NCBI RefSeq assembly: GCF_019969585.1
Contig: NZ_CP081782.1
DNA: 32,000 nucleotides
Reading direction: 5' to 3' (one strand)
Source of the DNA: Escherichia coli
Lineage (GTDB): Bacteria; Pseudomonadota; Gammaproteobacteria; Enterobacterales; Enterobacteriaceae
Shown piece by piece: positions 13,795 through 22,933 of the stretch (the stretch's first letter is position 1; each line of letters begins with the position of its first letter). Below the pieces are notes generated by a model that had not been told where the DNA came from, did not search any database, and saw only the letters and a list, made by a program, of their open reading frames with translations. A program made the translations under genes and the position numbers.

Positions 13795-14142
13795 ATGAAA
13801 ATTTCCCGCCTTGGAGAAGCGCCCGATTACCGCTTCTCGCTGGCTAATGAGCGTACTTTTCTGGCGTGGATCCGTACCGCACTAGGATTTCTGGCGGCGG
13901 GGGTTGGGCTTGATCAACTTGCGCCAGATTTCGCCACGCCCGTCATTCGTGAACTGCTGGCGTTGTTGTTGTGTCTGTTTTCCGGCGGGTTAGCAATGTA
14001 TGGCTACCTGCGCTGGTTACGCAATGAAAAAGCGATGCGTCTGAAAGAGGACCTGCCCTACACCAACAGCTTATTAATCATTAGCTTAATATTGATGGTC
14101 GTGGCGGTGATCGTTATGGGACTGGTGTTGTATGCCGGATAG
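13795..14142 (+). CDS. yidH: YidH, DUF202 inner membrane protein
   Basis: 115 aa; DUF202 signature ERTFLAWIRTALGFLAAGVG; three hydrophobic helices. Confidence 0.92.
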   Translation: MKISRLGEAPDYRFSLANERTFLAWIRTALGFLAAGVGLDQLAPDFATPVIRELLALLLCLFSGGLAMYGYLRWLRNEKAMRLKEDLPYTNSLLIISLILMVVAVIVMGLVLYAG

Positions 14143-14494
14143 CCGCAAAGCCAGACGCATTGCCGACCCAGGACTGCAGCCGGAGCGCACATCACTGGCG
14201 TGGTTTCGTACCATGCTGGGCTACGGCGCGTTGATGGCGTTGGCTATCAAACACAACTGGCACCAGGCGGGCATGTTATTCTGGATTTCGATTGGCATTC
14301 TCGCCATCGTGGCGCTGATCCTCTGGCACTACACCCGTAATCGCAATTTAATGGATGTCACGAATAGCGATTTTTCCCAATTTCACGTAGTCCGTGACAA
14401 ATTTTTGATCTCCCTCGCGGTGTTATCTCTCGCAATACTGTTTGCTGTAACGCATATACATCAACTTATCGTATTTATTGAGAGAGTCGCATGA
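14132..14494 (+). CDS. yidG: YidG, DUF202 inner membrane protein
   Basis: 120 aa; ERTSLAWFRTMLGYGALMALA; overlaps yidH by 11 nt. Confidence 0.92.
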   Translation: MPDSRKARRIADPGLQPERTSLAWFRTMLGYGALMALAIKHNWHQAGMLFWISIGILAIVALILWHYTRNRNLMDVTNSDFSQFHVVRDKFLISLAVLSLAILFAVTHIHQLIVFIERVA

Positions 14495-14988
14495 CAGGAA
14501 GTCAGGTCATTGATGCTGAAGAGGACAGGCATAAACTGGTTGTAGAGTACAAGGATGCTCTGCAACCTGCCGATTTTTATCACAATTTCAAACAGCGGGG
14601 CATCCGCTCCGTACAGCTCATTCCCTATCTTGAATTTGATGACCGGGGCGATCTGACGGCCGCTTCGGTGACAGCAGAGCTGTGGGGGAAATTTTTAATT
14701 GCCCTGTTCGAGTGTTGGGTGCGGGCAGATATCAGTCGTATCTCGATTGAGCTTTTTGACGCCACCTTACAAAAATGGTGTGGCAGCGAAAACCCGCAAC
14801 CGCGCCGTGACTGCCAGGCGTGCGACTGGCATCGCCTGTGCCCGCACGCTCGGCAGGAGACGCCAGACAGCGTGCTTTGTGCGGGCTATCAGGCGTTTTA
14901 TTCTTACTCCGCACCGCATATGCGGGTGATGCGTGATCTGATAAAGCAGCATCGTTCTCCCATGGAGCTGATGACGATGCTGCGGTGA
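14491..14988 (+). CDS. yidF: YidF, small cysteine-containing protein resembling the C-terminal part of anaerobic sulfatase maturases
   Basis: 165 aa ORF overlapping yidG stop by 4 nt; CX2CX5CX12C and LCAGYQAF motif. Confidence 0.85.
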   Translation: MTGSQVIDAEEDRHKLVVEYKDALQPADFYHNFKQRGIRSVQLIPYLEFDDRGDLTAASVTAELWGKFLIALFECWVRADISRISIELFDATLQKWCGSENPQPRRDCQACDWHRLCPHARQETPDSVLCAGYQAFYSYSAPHMRVMRDLIKQHRSPMELMTMLR

Positions 14989-14995
14989 CGTGCGC

Positions 14996-16180
14996 TTAAA
15001 CGGGCTGCCCCTGATGCGACATCCGCGTCGCCAGCGGTAGCCAGCACAGCACGATCAACAATCCCATTAAGGTCATCAATAACCCCAGGCTACCCTGACC
15101 GGTTTGCGGCAACATCGCAGAGAGCGACGCCAGCACGCCGGAACCAATGTTTTGCAGACCGCCGACCAGCGCGCCAGCCGTGCCCGCCAGGAAGGGGAAC
15201 GGCTCCATCGCGCCGCTGGTCGCCAGCGGAAACAGCATCCCGGCACCGAAAAAGAACAGCGCGGCGGGAACGAGCAGCGTCCAGACATTCATCACGCCAA
15301 ACCAGTCGGGGATCCACATCAGCAAGCCAGCCAGCAGGCAGCAGATAACCGACTGCCACATTAACGTGGAGAAGCGTTTATTGGGACGTCCGGCAAACCA
15401 TGCGCCAAAAAACGCTGCCGGAATCGGCAGAATAAACAAAATACTGACCGTCATACTGCTCAGCCCTAACACCGCGCCCATCAGCACGCCGGAGCAGGCT
15501 TCAAAGGCGGCAATCCCGGCCAGACCGCCAATCAGCATCAGCAAATAACAGTTAAAACCGCTGTTACCGAAAAGCGTTTTATAACTGGTAAGCAGGCGCG
15601 TGCGCGGTGCATCGACCGGACGCGTTTCCGGCATCCAGCGGGCCATACTGAAGGTCACACCAGCACAAAGAACCAACAAAAAGAGATAACAGGCGCGCCA
15701 GTTCCACATCGTATCCAGCAGACCGCCGATTAGCGGTGCGAGCAACGGACTGACGAGAATCCCCATGTTTAACAGGCTGTTAGCATGGCGCAACTGTGTC
15801 CGTTCATATAAATCTCGCGGCAAAGTACGCGCCATTACGCCGCCAACGCCGGTGCCCATCCCCTGCATCGCGCTGGCGGCAATCAACACCGTCAAACTGG
15901 AGGTCGTGACCGCGACCAGCGTTGCCAGCATAAAAATGGACATTCCGACGAGGATCACCGGTCGGCGGCCCACGCGGTCGGAAATCGGGCCATAAAACAG
16001 CTGTGAGACACCGTAAGTCAGCAGATAAGCGCCCATTACGCTCTGCACCGCCCCTTCACGGACGTTGAGATCGCGCGCCATATCGGCAATAGCTGGAATA
16101 TAAATGGTTTGCGCCATCTGACCGACGGCCACGAGTAATACCAACATCAATAACAAATTGACGTTTCTTTGCCTTTTCAT
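14996..16180 (-). CDS. emrD: EmrD, MFS multidrug efflux protein
   Basis: 394 aa MKRQRNVNLLLMLVLLVAVGQMAQTIYIPAIADMARDL...; MFS motif GPISDRVGRRPV. Confidence 0.97.
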   Translation of the reverse strand: MKRQRNVNLLLMLVLLVAVGQMAQTIYIPAIADMARDLNVREGAVQSVMGAYLLTYGVSQLFYGPISDRVGRRPVILVGMSIFMLATLVAVTTSSLTVLIAASAMQGMGTGVGGVMARTLPRDLYERTQLRHANSLLNMGILVSPLLAPLIGGLLDTMWNWRACYLFLLVLCAGVTFSMARWMPETRPVDAPRTRLLTSYKTLFGNSGFNCYLLMLIGGLAGIAAFEACSGVLMGAVLGLSSMTVSILFILPIPAAFFGAWFAGRPNKRFSTLMWQSVICCLLAGLLMWIPDWFGVMNVWTLLVPAALFFFGAGMLFPLATSGAMEPFPFLAGTAGALVGGLQNIGSGVLASLSAMLPQTGQGSLGLLMTLMGLLIVLCWLPLATRMSHQGQPV

Positions 16181-16354
16181 TATCACGGATGCTTTTATAA
16201 AAATAATTAGAATAAGTCACTACGCATTCCCATAAATGCGGGAGAGGAATCTATCACATTGATGAATGTTAGCCAGATATACGCCAGGAATGGGGAATTG
16301 TTTAGCGGCAGAATATGTAAACAAAAGCGGCAATAAATGTTGCCGGGAGAGATG

Positions 16355-16391
16355 GTAGGGCGGATAAGATGCGTCAGCATCGCATCCGACA
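16355..16391. repeat. REP-like palindromic element
   Basis: GTAGGGCGGATAAGATGCGTCAGCATCGCATCCGAC, matching the REP/BIME architecture. Confidence 0.7.
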
Positions 16392-16412
16392 CCAACCCGC
16401 ACGCTAAATATA

Positions 16413-16440
16413 AAAGGGGAGCGGTTTCCCGCTCCCCTTT
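16413..16440 (-). terminator. Rho-independent terminator of tisB mRNA
   Basis: AAAAGGGGAGCGGTTTCCCGCTCCCCTTT inverted repeat; on the minus strand the stem is followed by TTTT. Confidence 0.85.
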
Positions 16441-16459
16441 GGTGCGACTTGAATCTGAA

Positions 16460-16549
16460 TTACTTCAGGTATTTCAGAACAGCATCAAGCAGTTGCAGTG
16501 CTGCAACAATGAGTTTGAGGATAAGAATGGCGATATCCACCAGGCTCAT
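16460..16549 (-). CDS. tisB: TisB, SOS-induced type I toxin membrane peptide (29 aa)
   Basis: Reverse complement of 16460-16549 = MSLVDIAILILKLIVAALQLLDAVLKYLK*; not in the ORF track because of length. Confidence 0.96.
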   Translation of the reverse strand: MSLVDIAILILKLIVAALQLLDAVLKYLK

Positions 16550-16771
16550 ACGCGTCTCCTGTGGTTCAGGAGCACTGCCAGCTGACGTACCTTTCCGCTG
16601 CCTGTTGCCAGCTGTTGTGCACGCGGTATCTCAAGGAGAAACGTTGTGCTTGTTGACATAACACAGTGTGCTCACGCGGGGTTAAGGCGCTGACGGCACC
16701 ACCCGTTTCAGCCAGGACTTAGTGCGCCGGGTAACGATGCGGCCCCCGCATAACACATTGCGTACAGTGAT

Positions 16772-16803
16772 ATTATAGAAGTCTACTGTATAAATAAACA
16801 GTA
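16772..16803 (-). promoter_or_regulatory. LexA box plus tisB -10 region
   Basis: LexA operator TACTGTATAAATAAACAGTA (16784-16803, CTGT-N8-ACAG), and minus-strand -10 TATAAT (complement of 16772-16777). Confidence 0.88.
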
Positions 16804-16844
16804 ATATTTGGACAAAACGCAAACTGTGATCGATACTCAACTAT

Positions 16845-16984
16845 GCACTAAATACGTCAAAATTCGTGCCGAAATTGCGCGTTCTGCGCGGAACACGTAT
16901 ACTTTCAGTGTTGACATAATACAGTGTGCTTTGCGGTTACCAGCCGCAGGCGACTGACGAAACCTCGCTCCGGCGGGGTTTTTT
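16845..16984 (+). ncRNA. istR: IstR antisense RNAs: IstR-1 (about 16910-16984) and the longer IstR-2 (about 16845-16984)
   Basis: IstR-1 promoter TTGCGC (16875-16880), 17 bp, TATACT (16898-16903); RNA GTTGACATAATACAGTGTGCTTTGCGGTTACC... ending in CCTCGCTCCGGCGGGGTTTTTT. The IstR-2 5' end is estimated from the known length difference. Confidence 0.9.
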
Positions 16985-17113
16985 GTTATCTGCAATTCAG
17001 TACAAAACGTGATCAACCCCTCAATTTTCCCTTGCTGAAAAATTTTCCATTGTCTCCCCTGTAAAGCTGTGCTTGTATAAATATTGTTAAACACAAAACC
17101 AACAAGGTCCCCA

Positions 17114-17212
17114 ATGACTACTTCCATGTTCAACGCAAAACTACTACCAACTGCGCCATCCGCCGCAGTGGTCGTCGTGCGTGTGGTGGTGGTCGTCGGC
17201 AATGCGCCGTAG
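17114..17212 (+). CDS. ivbL: ilvBN operon leader peptide (32 aa)
   Basis: MTTSMFNAKLLPTAPSAAVVVVRVVVVVGNAP*, nine Val codons around one Arg. Confidence 0.96.
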   Translation: MTTSMFNAKLLPTAPSAAVVVVRVVVVVGNAP

Positions 17213-17235
17213 GGACTGGAACAACACACGATTCC

Positions 17236-17270
17236 AAAACCCCGCCGGCGCAAACCGGGCGGGGTTTTTC
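17236..17270 (+). terminator. ilvBN transcription attenuator
   Basis: AAAACCCCGCCGGCGCAAACCGGGCGGGGTTTTT directly after ivbL. Confidence 0.9.
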
Positions 17271-17317
17271 GTTTAAGCACCTCCCGGAAAGTCGGCCCAG
17301 AAGAAAAGGACTGGAGC

Positions 17318-19006
17318 ATGGCAAGTTCGGGCACAACATCGACGCGTAAGCGCTTTACCGGCGCAGAATTTATCGTTCATTTCCTGGAACAGCAGGGCAT
17401 TAAGATTGTGACGGGCATTCCGGGCGGTTCTATCCTGCCTGTTTACGATGCCTTAAGCCAAAGTACGCAAATCCGCCATATTCTGGCTCGCCATGAACAG
17501 GGCGCGGGATTTATCGCTCAGGGAATGGCGCGCACCGACGGTAAACCGGCGGTCTGTATGGCCTGTAGCGGACCGGGTGCGACTAACCTGGTGACCGCCA
17601 TTGCCGATGCGCGGCTGGACTCCATCCCGCTGATTTGCATCACTGGTCAGGTTCCCGCCTCGATGATCGGCACCGACGCCTTCCAGGAAGTCGACACCTA
17701 CGGCATCTCTATCCCCATCACCAAACACAACTATCTGGTCAGACATATCGAAGAACTCCCGCAGGTCATGAGCGATGCCTTCCGCATTGCGCAATCAGGC
17801 CGCCCAGGCCCGGTGTGGATAGACATTCCTAAGGATGTGCAAACGGCGGTTTTTGAGATTGAAGCACAGCCCGCGGTGGCAGAAAAAGCCGCCGCACCCG
17901 CCTTTAGCGAAGAAAGCATTCGTGACGCAGCGGCGATGATTAACGCTGCCAAACGCCCGGTGCTTTATCTGGGCGGTGGTGTGATCAATGCGCCTGCGCG
18001 GGTGCGTGAACTGGCGGAGAAAGCGCAACTGCCAACTACCATGACCTTAATGGCGCTGGGTATGTTGCCAAAAGCGCATCCACTGTCGCTGGGTATGCTG
18101 GGGATGCACGGCGTGCGCAGCACTAACTATATCTTGCAGGAGGCGGATTTACTGATTGTGCTCGGTGCGCGTTTTGATGACCGGGCGATTGGCAAAACCG
18201 AGCAGTTCTGTCCGAATGCCAAAATCATTCATGTCGATATCGACCGTGCAGAGCTGGGTAAAATCAAGCAGCCGCACGTGGCGATTCAGGCGGATGTTGA
18301 TGACGTGCTGGCGCAGTTGATCCCGCTGGTGGAAGCGCAACCGCGTGCAGAGTGGCACCAGTTGGTAGTGGATTTGCAGCGTGAGTTTCCGTGTCCAATC
18401 CCGAAAGCGTGCGATCCGTTAAGCCATTACGGCCTGATCAACGCCGTTGCCGCCTGTGTCGATGACAATGCAATTATCACCACCGACGTTGGTCAGCATC
18501 AGATGTGGACCGCGCAAGCTTATCCGCTCAATCGCCCACGCCAGTGGCTGACCTCCGGTGGGCTGGGCACGATGGGTTTTGGCCTGCCTGCGGCGATTGG
18601 CGCTGCGCTGGCGAACCCGGATCGCAAAGTGTTGTGTTTCTCCGGCGACGGCAGCCTGATGATGAATATTCAGGAGATGGCGACCGCCAGTGAAAATCAG
18701 CTGGATGTCAAAATCATTCTGATGAACAACGAAGCGCTGGGGCTGGTGCATCAGCAACAGAGTCTGTTCTACGAGCAAGGCGTTTTTGCCGCCACCTATC
18801 CGGGCAAAATCAACTTTATGCAGATTGCCGCCGGATTCGGCCTCGAAACCTGTGATTTGAATAACGAAGCCGATCCGCAGGCTGCATTGCAGGAAATCAT
18901 CAATCGCCCTGGCCCGGCGCTGATCCATGTGCGCATTGATGCCGAAGAAAAAGTTTACCCGATGGTGCCGCCAGGTGCGGCGAATACTGAAATGGTGGGG
19001 GAATAA
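17318..19006 (+). CDS. ilvB: Acetolactate synthase I (AHAS I) large subunit
   Basis: 562 aa ThDP-enzyme; GIPGGSILPVYDAL and GDGSLMMNIQEMATA motifs. Confidence 0.98.
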   Translation: MASSGTTSTRKRFTGAEFIVHFLEQQGIKIVTGIPGGSILPVYDALSQSTQIRHILARHEQGAGFIAQGMARTDGKPAVCMACSGPGATNLVTAIADARLDSIPLICITGQVPASMIGTDAFQEVDTYGISIPITKHNYLVRHIEELPQVMSDAFRIAQSGRPGPVWIDIPKDVQTAVFEIEAQPAVAEKAAAPAFSEESIRDAAAMINAAKRPVLYLGGGVINAPARVRELAEKAQLPTTMTLMALGMLPKAHPLSLGMLGMHGVRSTNYILQEADLLIVLGARFDDRAIGKTEQFCPNAKIIHVDIDRAELGKIKQPHVAIQADVDDVLAQLIPLVEAQPRAEWHQLVVDLQREFPCPIPKACDPLSHYGLINAVAACVDDNAIITTDVGQHQMWTAQAYPLNRPRQWLTSGGLGTMGFGLPAAIGAALANPDRKVLCFSGDGSLMMNIQEMATASENQLDVKIILMNNEALGLVHQQQSLFYEQGVFAATYPGKINFMQIAAGFGLETCDLNNEADPQAALQEIINRPGPALIHVRIDAEEKVYPMVPPGAANTEMVGE

Positions 19007-19009
19007 GCC

Positions 19010-19300
19010 ATGCAAAACACAACTCATGACAACGTAATTCTGGAGCTCACCGTTCGCAACCATCCGGGCGTAATGACCCACGTTTGTGGCCTTTTTGCCC
19101 GCCGCGCTTTTAACGTTGAAGGCATTCTTTGTCTGCCGATTCAGGACAGCGACAAAAGCCATATCTGGCTACTGGTCAATGACGACCAGCGTCTGGAGCA
19201 GATGATAAGCCAAATCGATAAGCTGGAAGATGTCGTGAAAGTGCAGCGTAATCAGTCCGATCCGACGATGTTTAACAAGATCGCGGTGTTTTTTCAGTAA
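19010..19300 (+). CDS. ilvN: Acetolactate synthase I small (regulatory) subunit
   Basis: 96 aa, ACT-domain pattern, immediately downstream of ilvB. Confidence 0.97.
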
Positions 19301-19322
19301 CCGCTCAAGGCTTGAACAACAT

Positions 19323-19356
19323 CGCGCTTATCGTTAAGGTAAGCGCGTTTTTTTTT
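19323..19356 (+). terminator. Rho-independent terminator after ilvBN
   Basis: CGCGCTTATCGTTAAGGTAAGCGCG followed by nine Ts. Confidence 0.88.
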
Positions 19357-19374
19357 ACCCGCCAGGACAAGACC

Positions 19375-19965
19375 ATGATCACCGTTGCCCTTATAGACGA
19401 TCACCTCATCGTCCGCTCCGGCTTTGCGCAGCTGCTGGGGCTGGAACCTGATTTGCAGGTAGTTGCCGAGTTTGGTTCGGGGCGCGAGGCGCTGGCGGGG
19501 CTGCCGGGGCGCGGTGTGCAGGTGTGTATTTGCGATATCTCCATGCCCGATATCTCCGGTCTGGAGCTGCTAAGCCAGCTGCCGAAAGGTATGGCGACGA
19601 TTATGCTCTCCGTTCACGACAGTCCTGCGCTGGTTGAGCAGGCGCTTAACGCGGGGGCACGCGGCTTTCTTTCCAAACGCTGTAGCCCGGATGAACTCAT
19701 TGCTGCGGTGCATACGGTTGCCACGGGCGGCTGTTATCTGACGCCGGATATTGCCATTAAACTGGCATCCGGTCGTCAGGACCCGCTAACCAAACGTGAA
19801 CGCCAGGTGGCGGAAAAACTGGCGCAAGGAATGGCGGTGAAAGAGATTGCCGCCGAACTGGGCTTGTCACCGAAAACGGTACACGTCCATCGCGCCAATC
19901 TGATGGAAAAACTGGGCGTCAGTAACGACGTAGAGCTGGCGCGCCGCATGTTTGATGGCTGGTGA
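19375..19965 (+). CDS. uhpA: UhpA, NarL/FixJ-type response regulator for hexose phosphate transport
   Basis: 196 aa from [19 protein letters not shown]; LuxR-type [39 protein letters not shown]. Confidence 0.97.
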
Positions 19966-21467
19966 TGAAGACGTTGTTCTCCCGCTTAATTACCGTTATT
20001 GCCTGCTTTTTTATCTTCTCTGCCGCATGGTTTTGCCTGTGGAGTATCAGCCTGCATCTGGTTGAGCGCCCTGATATGGCGGTGCTGTTATTTCCGTTTG
20101 GTCTGCGTCTGGGGCTAATGCTGCAATGCCCGCGCGGATACTGGCCGGTGCTGCTGGGCGCGGAGTGGCTGCTGATTTACTGGCTAACGCAGGCGGTCGG
20201 TTTAACCCATTTTCCGTTATTGATGATCGGTAGTTTACTGACGTTACTGCCCGTAGCGCTGATCTCGCGCTATCGCCATCAGCGTGACTGGCGCACCTTG
20301 CTGTTACAGGGGGCGGCGTTAACGGCGGCGGCGTTGTTGCAGTCGCTGCCCTGGCTTTGGCACGGCAAAGAGTCGTGGAATGCGCTGTTGCTGACTTTAA
20401 CTGGCGGCCTGACGCTGGCCCCGATATGTCTGGTGTTCTGGCACTATCTCGCCAATAACACCTGGCTGCCGCTCGGCCCGTCACTGGTTTCTCAGCCAAT
20501 CAACTGGCGCGGGCGACATCTGGTCTGGTACTTGCTGCTGTTTGTTATCAGTCTCTGGCTCCAGTTGGGATTGCCGGACGAACTGTCGCGCTTTACGCCA
20601 TTCTGTCTGGCGCTGCCGATTATCGCGCTGGCCTGGCACTATGGTTGGCAAGGGGCGCTGATTGCGACGTTGATGAACGCCATCGCGCTGATCGCCAGTC
20701 AAACCTGGCGCGATCATCCGGTGGATTTATTGCTCTCGCTGCTGGTGCAAAGTCTGACAGGGTTGTTGCTTGGCGCTGGCATCCAGCGGTTGCGTGAACT
20801 TAACCAGTCGCTGCAAAAGGAACTGGCGCGCAATCAGCATCTGGCTGAACGGTTGCTGGAAACCGAAGAGAGCGTGCGCCGTGATGTGGCGCGTGAGCTG
20901 CATGATGATATCGGTCAGACCATCACTGCTATTCGTACTCAGGCGGGCATTGTTCAGCGGCTGGCGGCAGATAACGCCAGCGTGAAGCAGAGCGGGCAGC
21001 TCATCGAACAACTATCGCTGGGCGTTTACGACGCGGTGCGCCGTTTGTTGGGTCGGTTACGTCCGCGCCAGTTGGATGATCTCACCCTGGAGAAGGCCAT
21101 CCGCTCACTGATGCGGGAAATGGAGCTGGAAGGGCGCGGTATTGTCAGCCATCTCGAATGGCGAATCGATGAATCAGCGTTAAGCGAAAACCAGCGCGTG
21201 ACGCTGTTTCGTGTCTGCCAGGAAGGGCTGAACAACATTGTGAAACATGCTGATGCCAGCGCGGTCACCCTGCAAGGCTGGCAGCAGGATGAACGGTTGA
21301 TGCTGGTTATTGAAGACGATGGCAGCGGTTTGCCGCCGGGTTCCGGGCAACAAGGTTTTGGCCTCACCGGAATGCGCGAGCGCGTAACGGCGCTGGGTGG
21401 CACATTACACATTTCCTGTCTGCACGGCACGCGTGTCAGCGTTTCTCTACCTCAACGTTATGTCTAA
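19965..21467 (+). CDS. uhpB: UhpB, membrane sensor histidine kinase (MASE1 N-terminus, HisKA_3)
   Basis: 500 aa; [18 protein letters not shown]-box; Gx[16 protein letters not shown]-binding motifs; overlaps the uhpA stop by 1 nt. Confidence 0.97.
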   Translation: MKTLFSRLITVIACFFIFSAAWFCLWSISLHLVERPDMAVLLFPFGLRLGLMLQCPRGYWPVLLGAEWLLIYWLTQAVGLTHFPLLMIGSLLTLLPVALISRYRHQRDWRTLLLQGAALTAAALLQSLPWLWHGKESWNALLLTLTGGLTLAPICLVFWHYLANNTWLPLGPSLVSQPINWRGRHLVWYLLLFVISLWLQLGLPDELSRFTPFCLALPIIALAWHYGWQGALIATLMNAIALIASQTWRDHPVDLLLSLLVQSLTGLLLGAGIQRLRELNQSLQKELARNQHLAERLLETEESVRRDVARELHDDIGQTITAIRTQAGIVQRLAADNASVKQSGQLIEQLSLGVYDAVRRLLGRLRPRQLDDLTLEKAIRSLMREMELEGRGIVSHLEWRIDESALSENQRVTLFRVCQEGLNNIVKHADASAVTLQGWQQDERLMLVIEDDGSGLPPGSGQQGFGLTGMRERVTALGGTLHISCLHGTRVSVSLPQRYV

Positions 21468-21476
21468 GGTTCGATG

Positions 21477-22796
21477 ATGTTGCCGTTTCTGAAAGCGCCT
21501 GCCGATGCGCCATTAATGACTGATAAACATGAAATTGATGCCCGTTATCGCTACTGGCGTCGGCATATTCTGCTGACCATCTGGCTGGGTTACGCGCTGT
21601 TTTACTTCACGCGTAAAAGTTTTAACGCCGCCGTACCAGAAATCCTTGCTAACGGCGTGCTCAGCCGTAGCGATATCGGCCTATTAGCGACCCTGTTTTA
21701 CATTACTTACGGCGTGTCGAAGTTTGTCTCCGGCATTGTCAGCGATCGCTCAAATGCCCGTTATTTTATGGGGATAGGGCTTATCGCCACTGGCATCATC
21801 AACATTCTGTTTGGCTTCTCGACGTCGCTATGGGCGTTTGCCGTGCTCTGGGTGCTGAACGCCTTTTTCCAGGGCTGGGGTTCACCGGTGTGTGCGCGTC
21901 TGTTAACCGCCTGGTATTCTCGTACCGAGCGCGGCGGTTGGTGGGCATTATGGAACACGGCGCATAATGTCGGCGGCGCACTCATTCCCATTGTGATGGC
22001 AGCGGCTGCGCTGCATTACGGCTGGCGTGCCGGGATGATGATTGCTGGTTGTATGGCGATAGTCGTGGGGATTTTTCTCTGCTGGCGGCTACGCGATCGC
22101 CCGCAGGCGTTAGGTTTACCAGCGGTCGGTGAATGGCGGCACGACGCGCTGGAAATTGCTCAACAACAAGAAGGGGCAGGGTTGACGCGTAAAGAGATCC
22201 TCACCAAATATGTGTTGCTGAATCCGTATATCTGGCTGCTTTCGTTTTGCTATGTGCTGGTCTATGTGGTCCGGGCGGCGATCAACGACTGGGGCAATTT
22301 GTATATGTCCGAGACGCTGGGCGTCGATCTGGTCACGGCGAATACGGCAGTGACGATGTTTGAACTGGGCGGATTTATCGGTGCGCTGGTAGCCGGTTGG
22401 GGCTCGGACAAATTGTTTAACGGCAACCGTGGGCCGATGAATTTGATTTTCGCCGCCGGAATTTTGCTTTCAGTCGGCTCGCTGTGGCTGATGCCATTTG
22501 CCAGCTACGTGATGCAGGCAACCTGCTTCTTCACCATTGGTTTTTTTGTCTTTGGCCCACAGATGTTAATCGGTATGGCGGCGGCAGAGTGTTCCCACAA
22601 AGAGGCGGCAGGGGCGGCGACGGGGTTTGTCGGCTTGTTTGCTTATCTGGGGGCGTCGCTTGCTGGTTGGCCGCTGGCGAAAGTACTCGATACCTGGCAC
22701 TGGAGCGGATTTTTTGTGGTTATCTCTATCGCCGCCGGGATTTCCGCACTGCTGTTACTGCCCTTTTTGAACGCCCAGACACCGCGCGAAGCGTGA
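21477..22796 (+). CDS. uhpC: UhpC, membrane glucose-6-phosphate sensor, MFS/OPA family
   Basis: 439 aa; OPA-family transporter homologous to UhpT; MLPFLKAPADAPLMTDKHEIDARYRYWRRH. Confidence 0.97.
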   Translation: MLPFLKAPADAPLMTDKHEIDARYRYWRRHILLTIWLGYALFYFTRKSFNAAVPEILANGVLSRSDIGLLATLFYITYGVSKFVSGIVSDRSNARYFMGIGLIATGIINILFGFSTSLWAFAVLWVLNAFFQGWGSPVCARLLTAWYSRTERGGWWALWNTAHNVGGALIPIVMAAAALHYGWRAGMMIAGCMAIVVGIFLCWRLRDRPQALGLPAVGEWRHDALEIAQQQEGAGLTRKEILTKYVLLNPYIWLLSFCYVLVYVVRAAINDWGNLYMSETLGVDLVTANTAVTMFELGGFIGALVAGWGSDKLFNGNRGPMNLIFAAGILLSVGSLWLMPFASYVMQATCFFTIGFFVFGPQMLIGMAAAECSHKEAAGAATGFVGLFAYLGASLAGWPLAKVLDTWHWSGFFVVISIAAGISALLLLPFLNAQTPREA

Positions 22797-22842
22797 TGCA
22801 TCTCACCTTTTCACTTCATATCCGGCAAAACTAAGAAATTTT

Positions 22843-22896
22843 CCAGGTTTTGCCTGGACGCTATCTCAGGCCTGATTTGCTGCTGATTTTTACAAT
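22843..22896 (+). promoter_or_regulatory. uhpT promoter region with probable UhpA boxes
   Basis: Inverted repeats CCAGG-N5-CCTGG (22843-22857) and TCAGGCCTGA (22866-22875), then TACAAT -10 candidate (22891-22896). Confidence 0.7.
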
Positions 22897-22933
22897 GCAT
22901 GCCTCACGCAGGTATTCATTTCAGGAGTAACCC

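Noticed and set aside
16207-16402. 60-62 aa minus-strand ORFs between emrD and tisB
   Set aside because: No convincing ribosome-binding context or domain; they run through the REP-like element.
19962-21467. Several 60-150 aa minus-strand ORFs antisense to uhpB (for example 20047-20499)
   Set aside because: Typical shadow ORFs of a GC-rich coding frame; the + strand kinase has full domain support.
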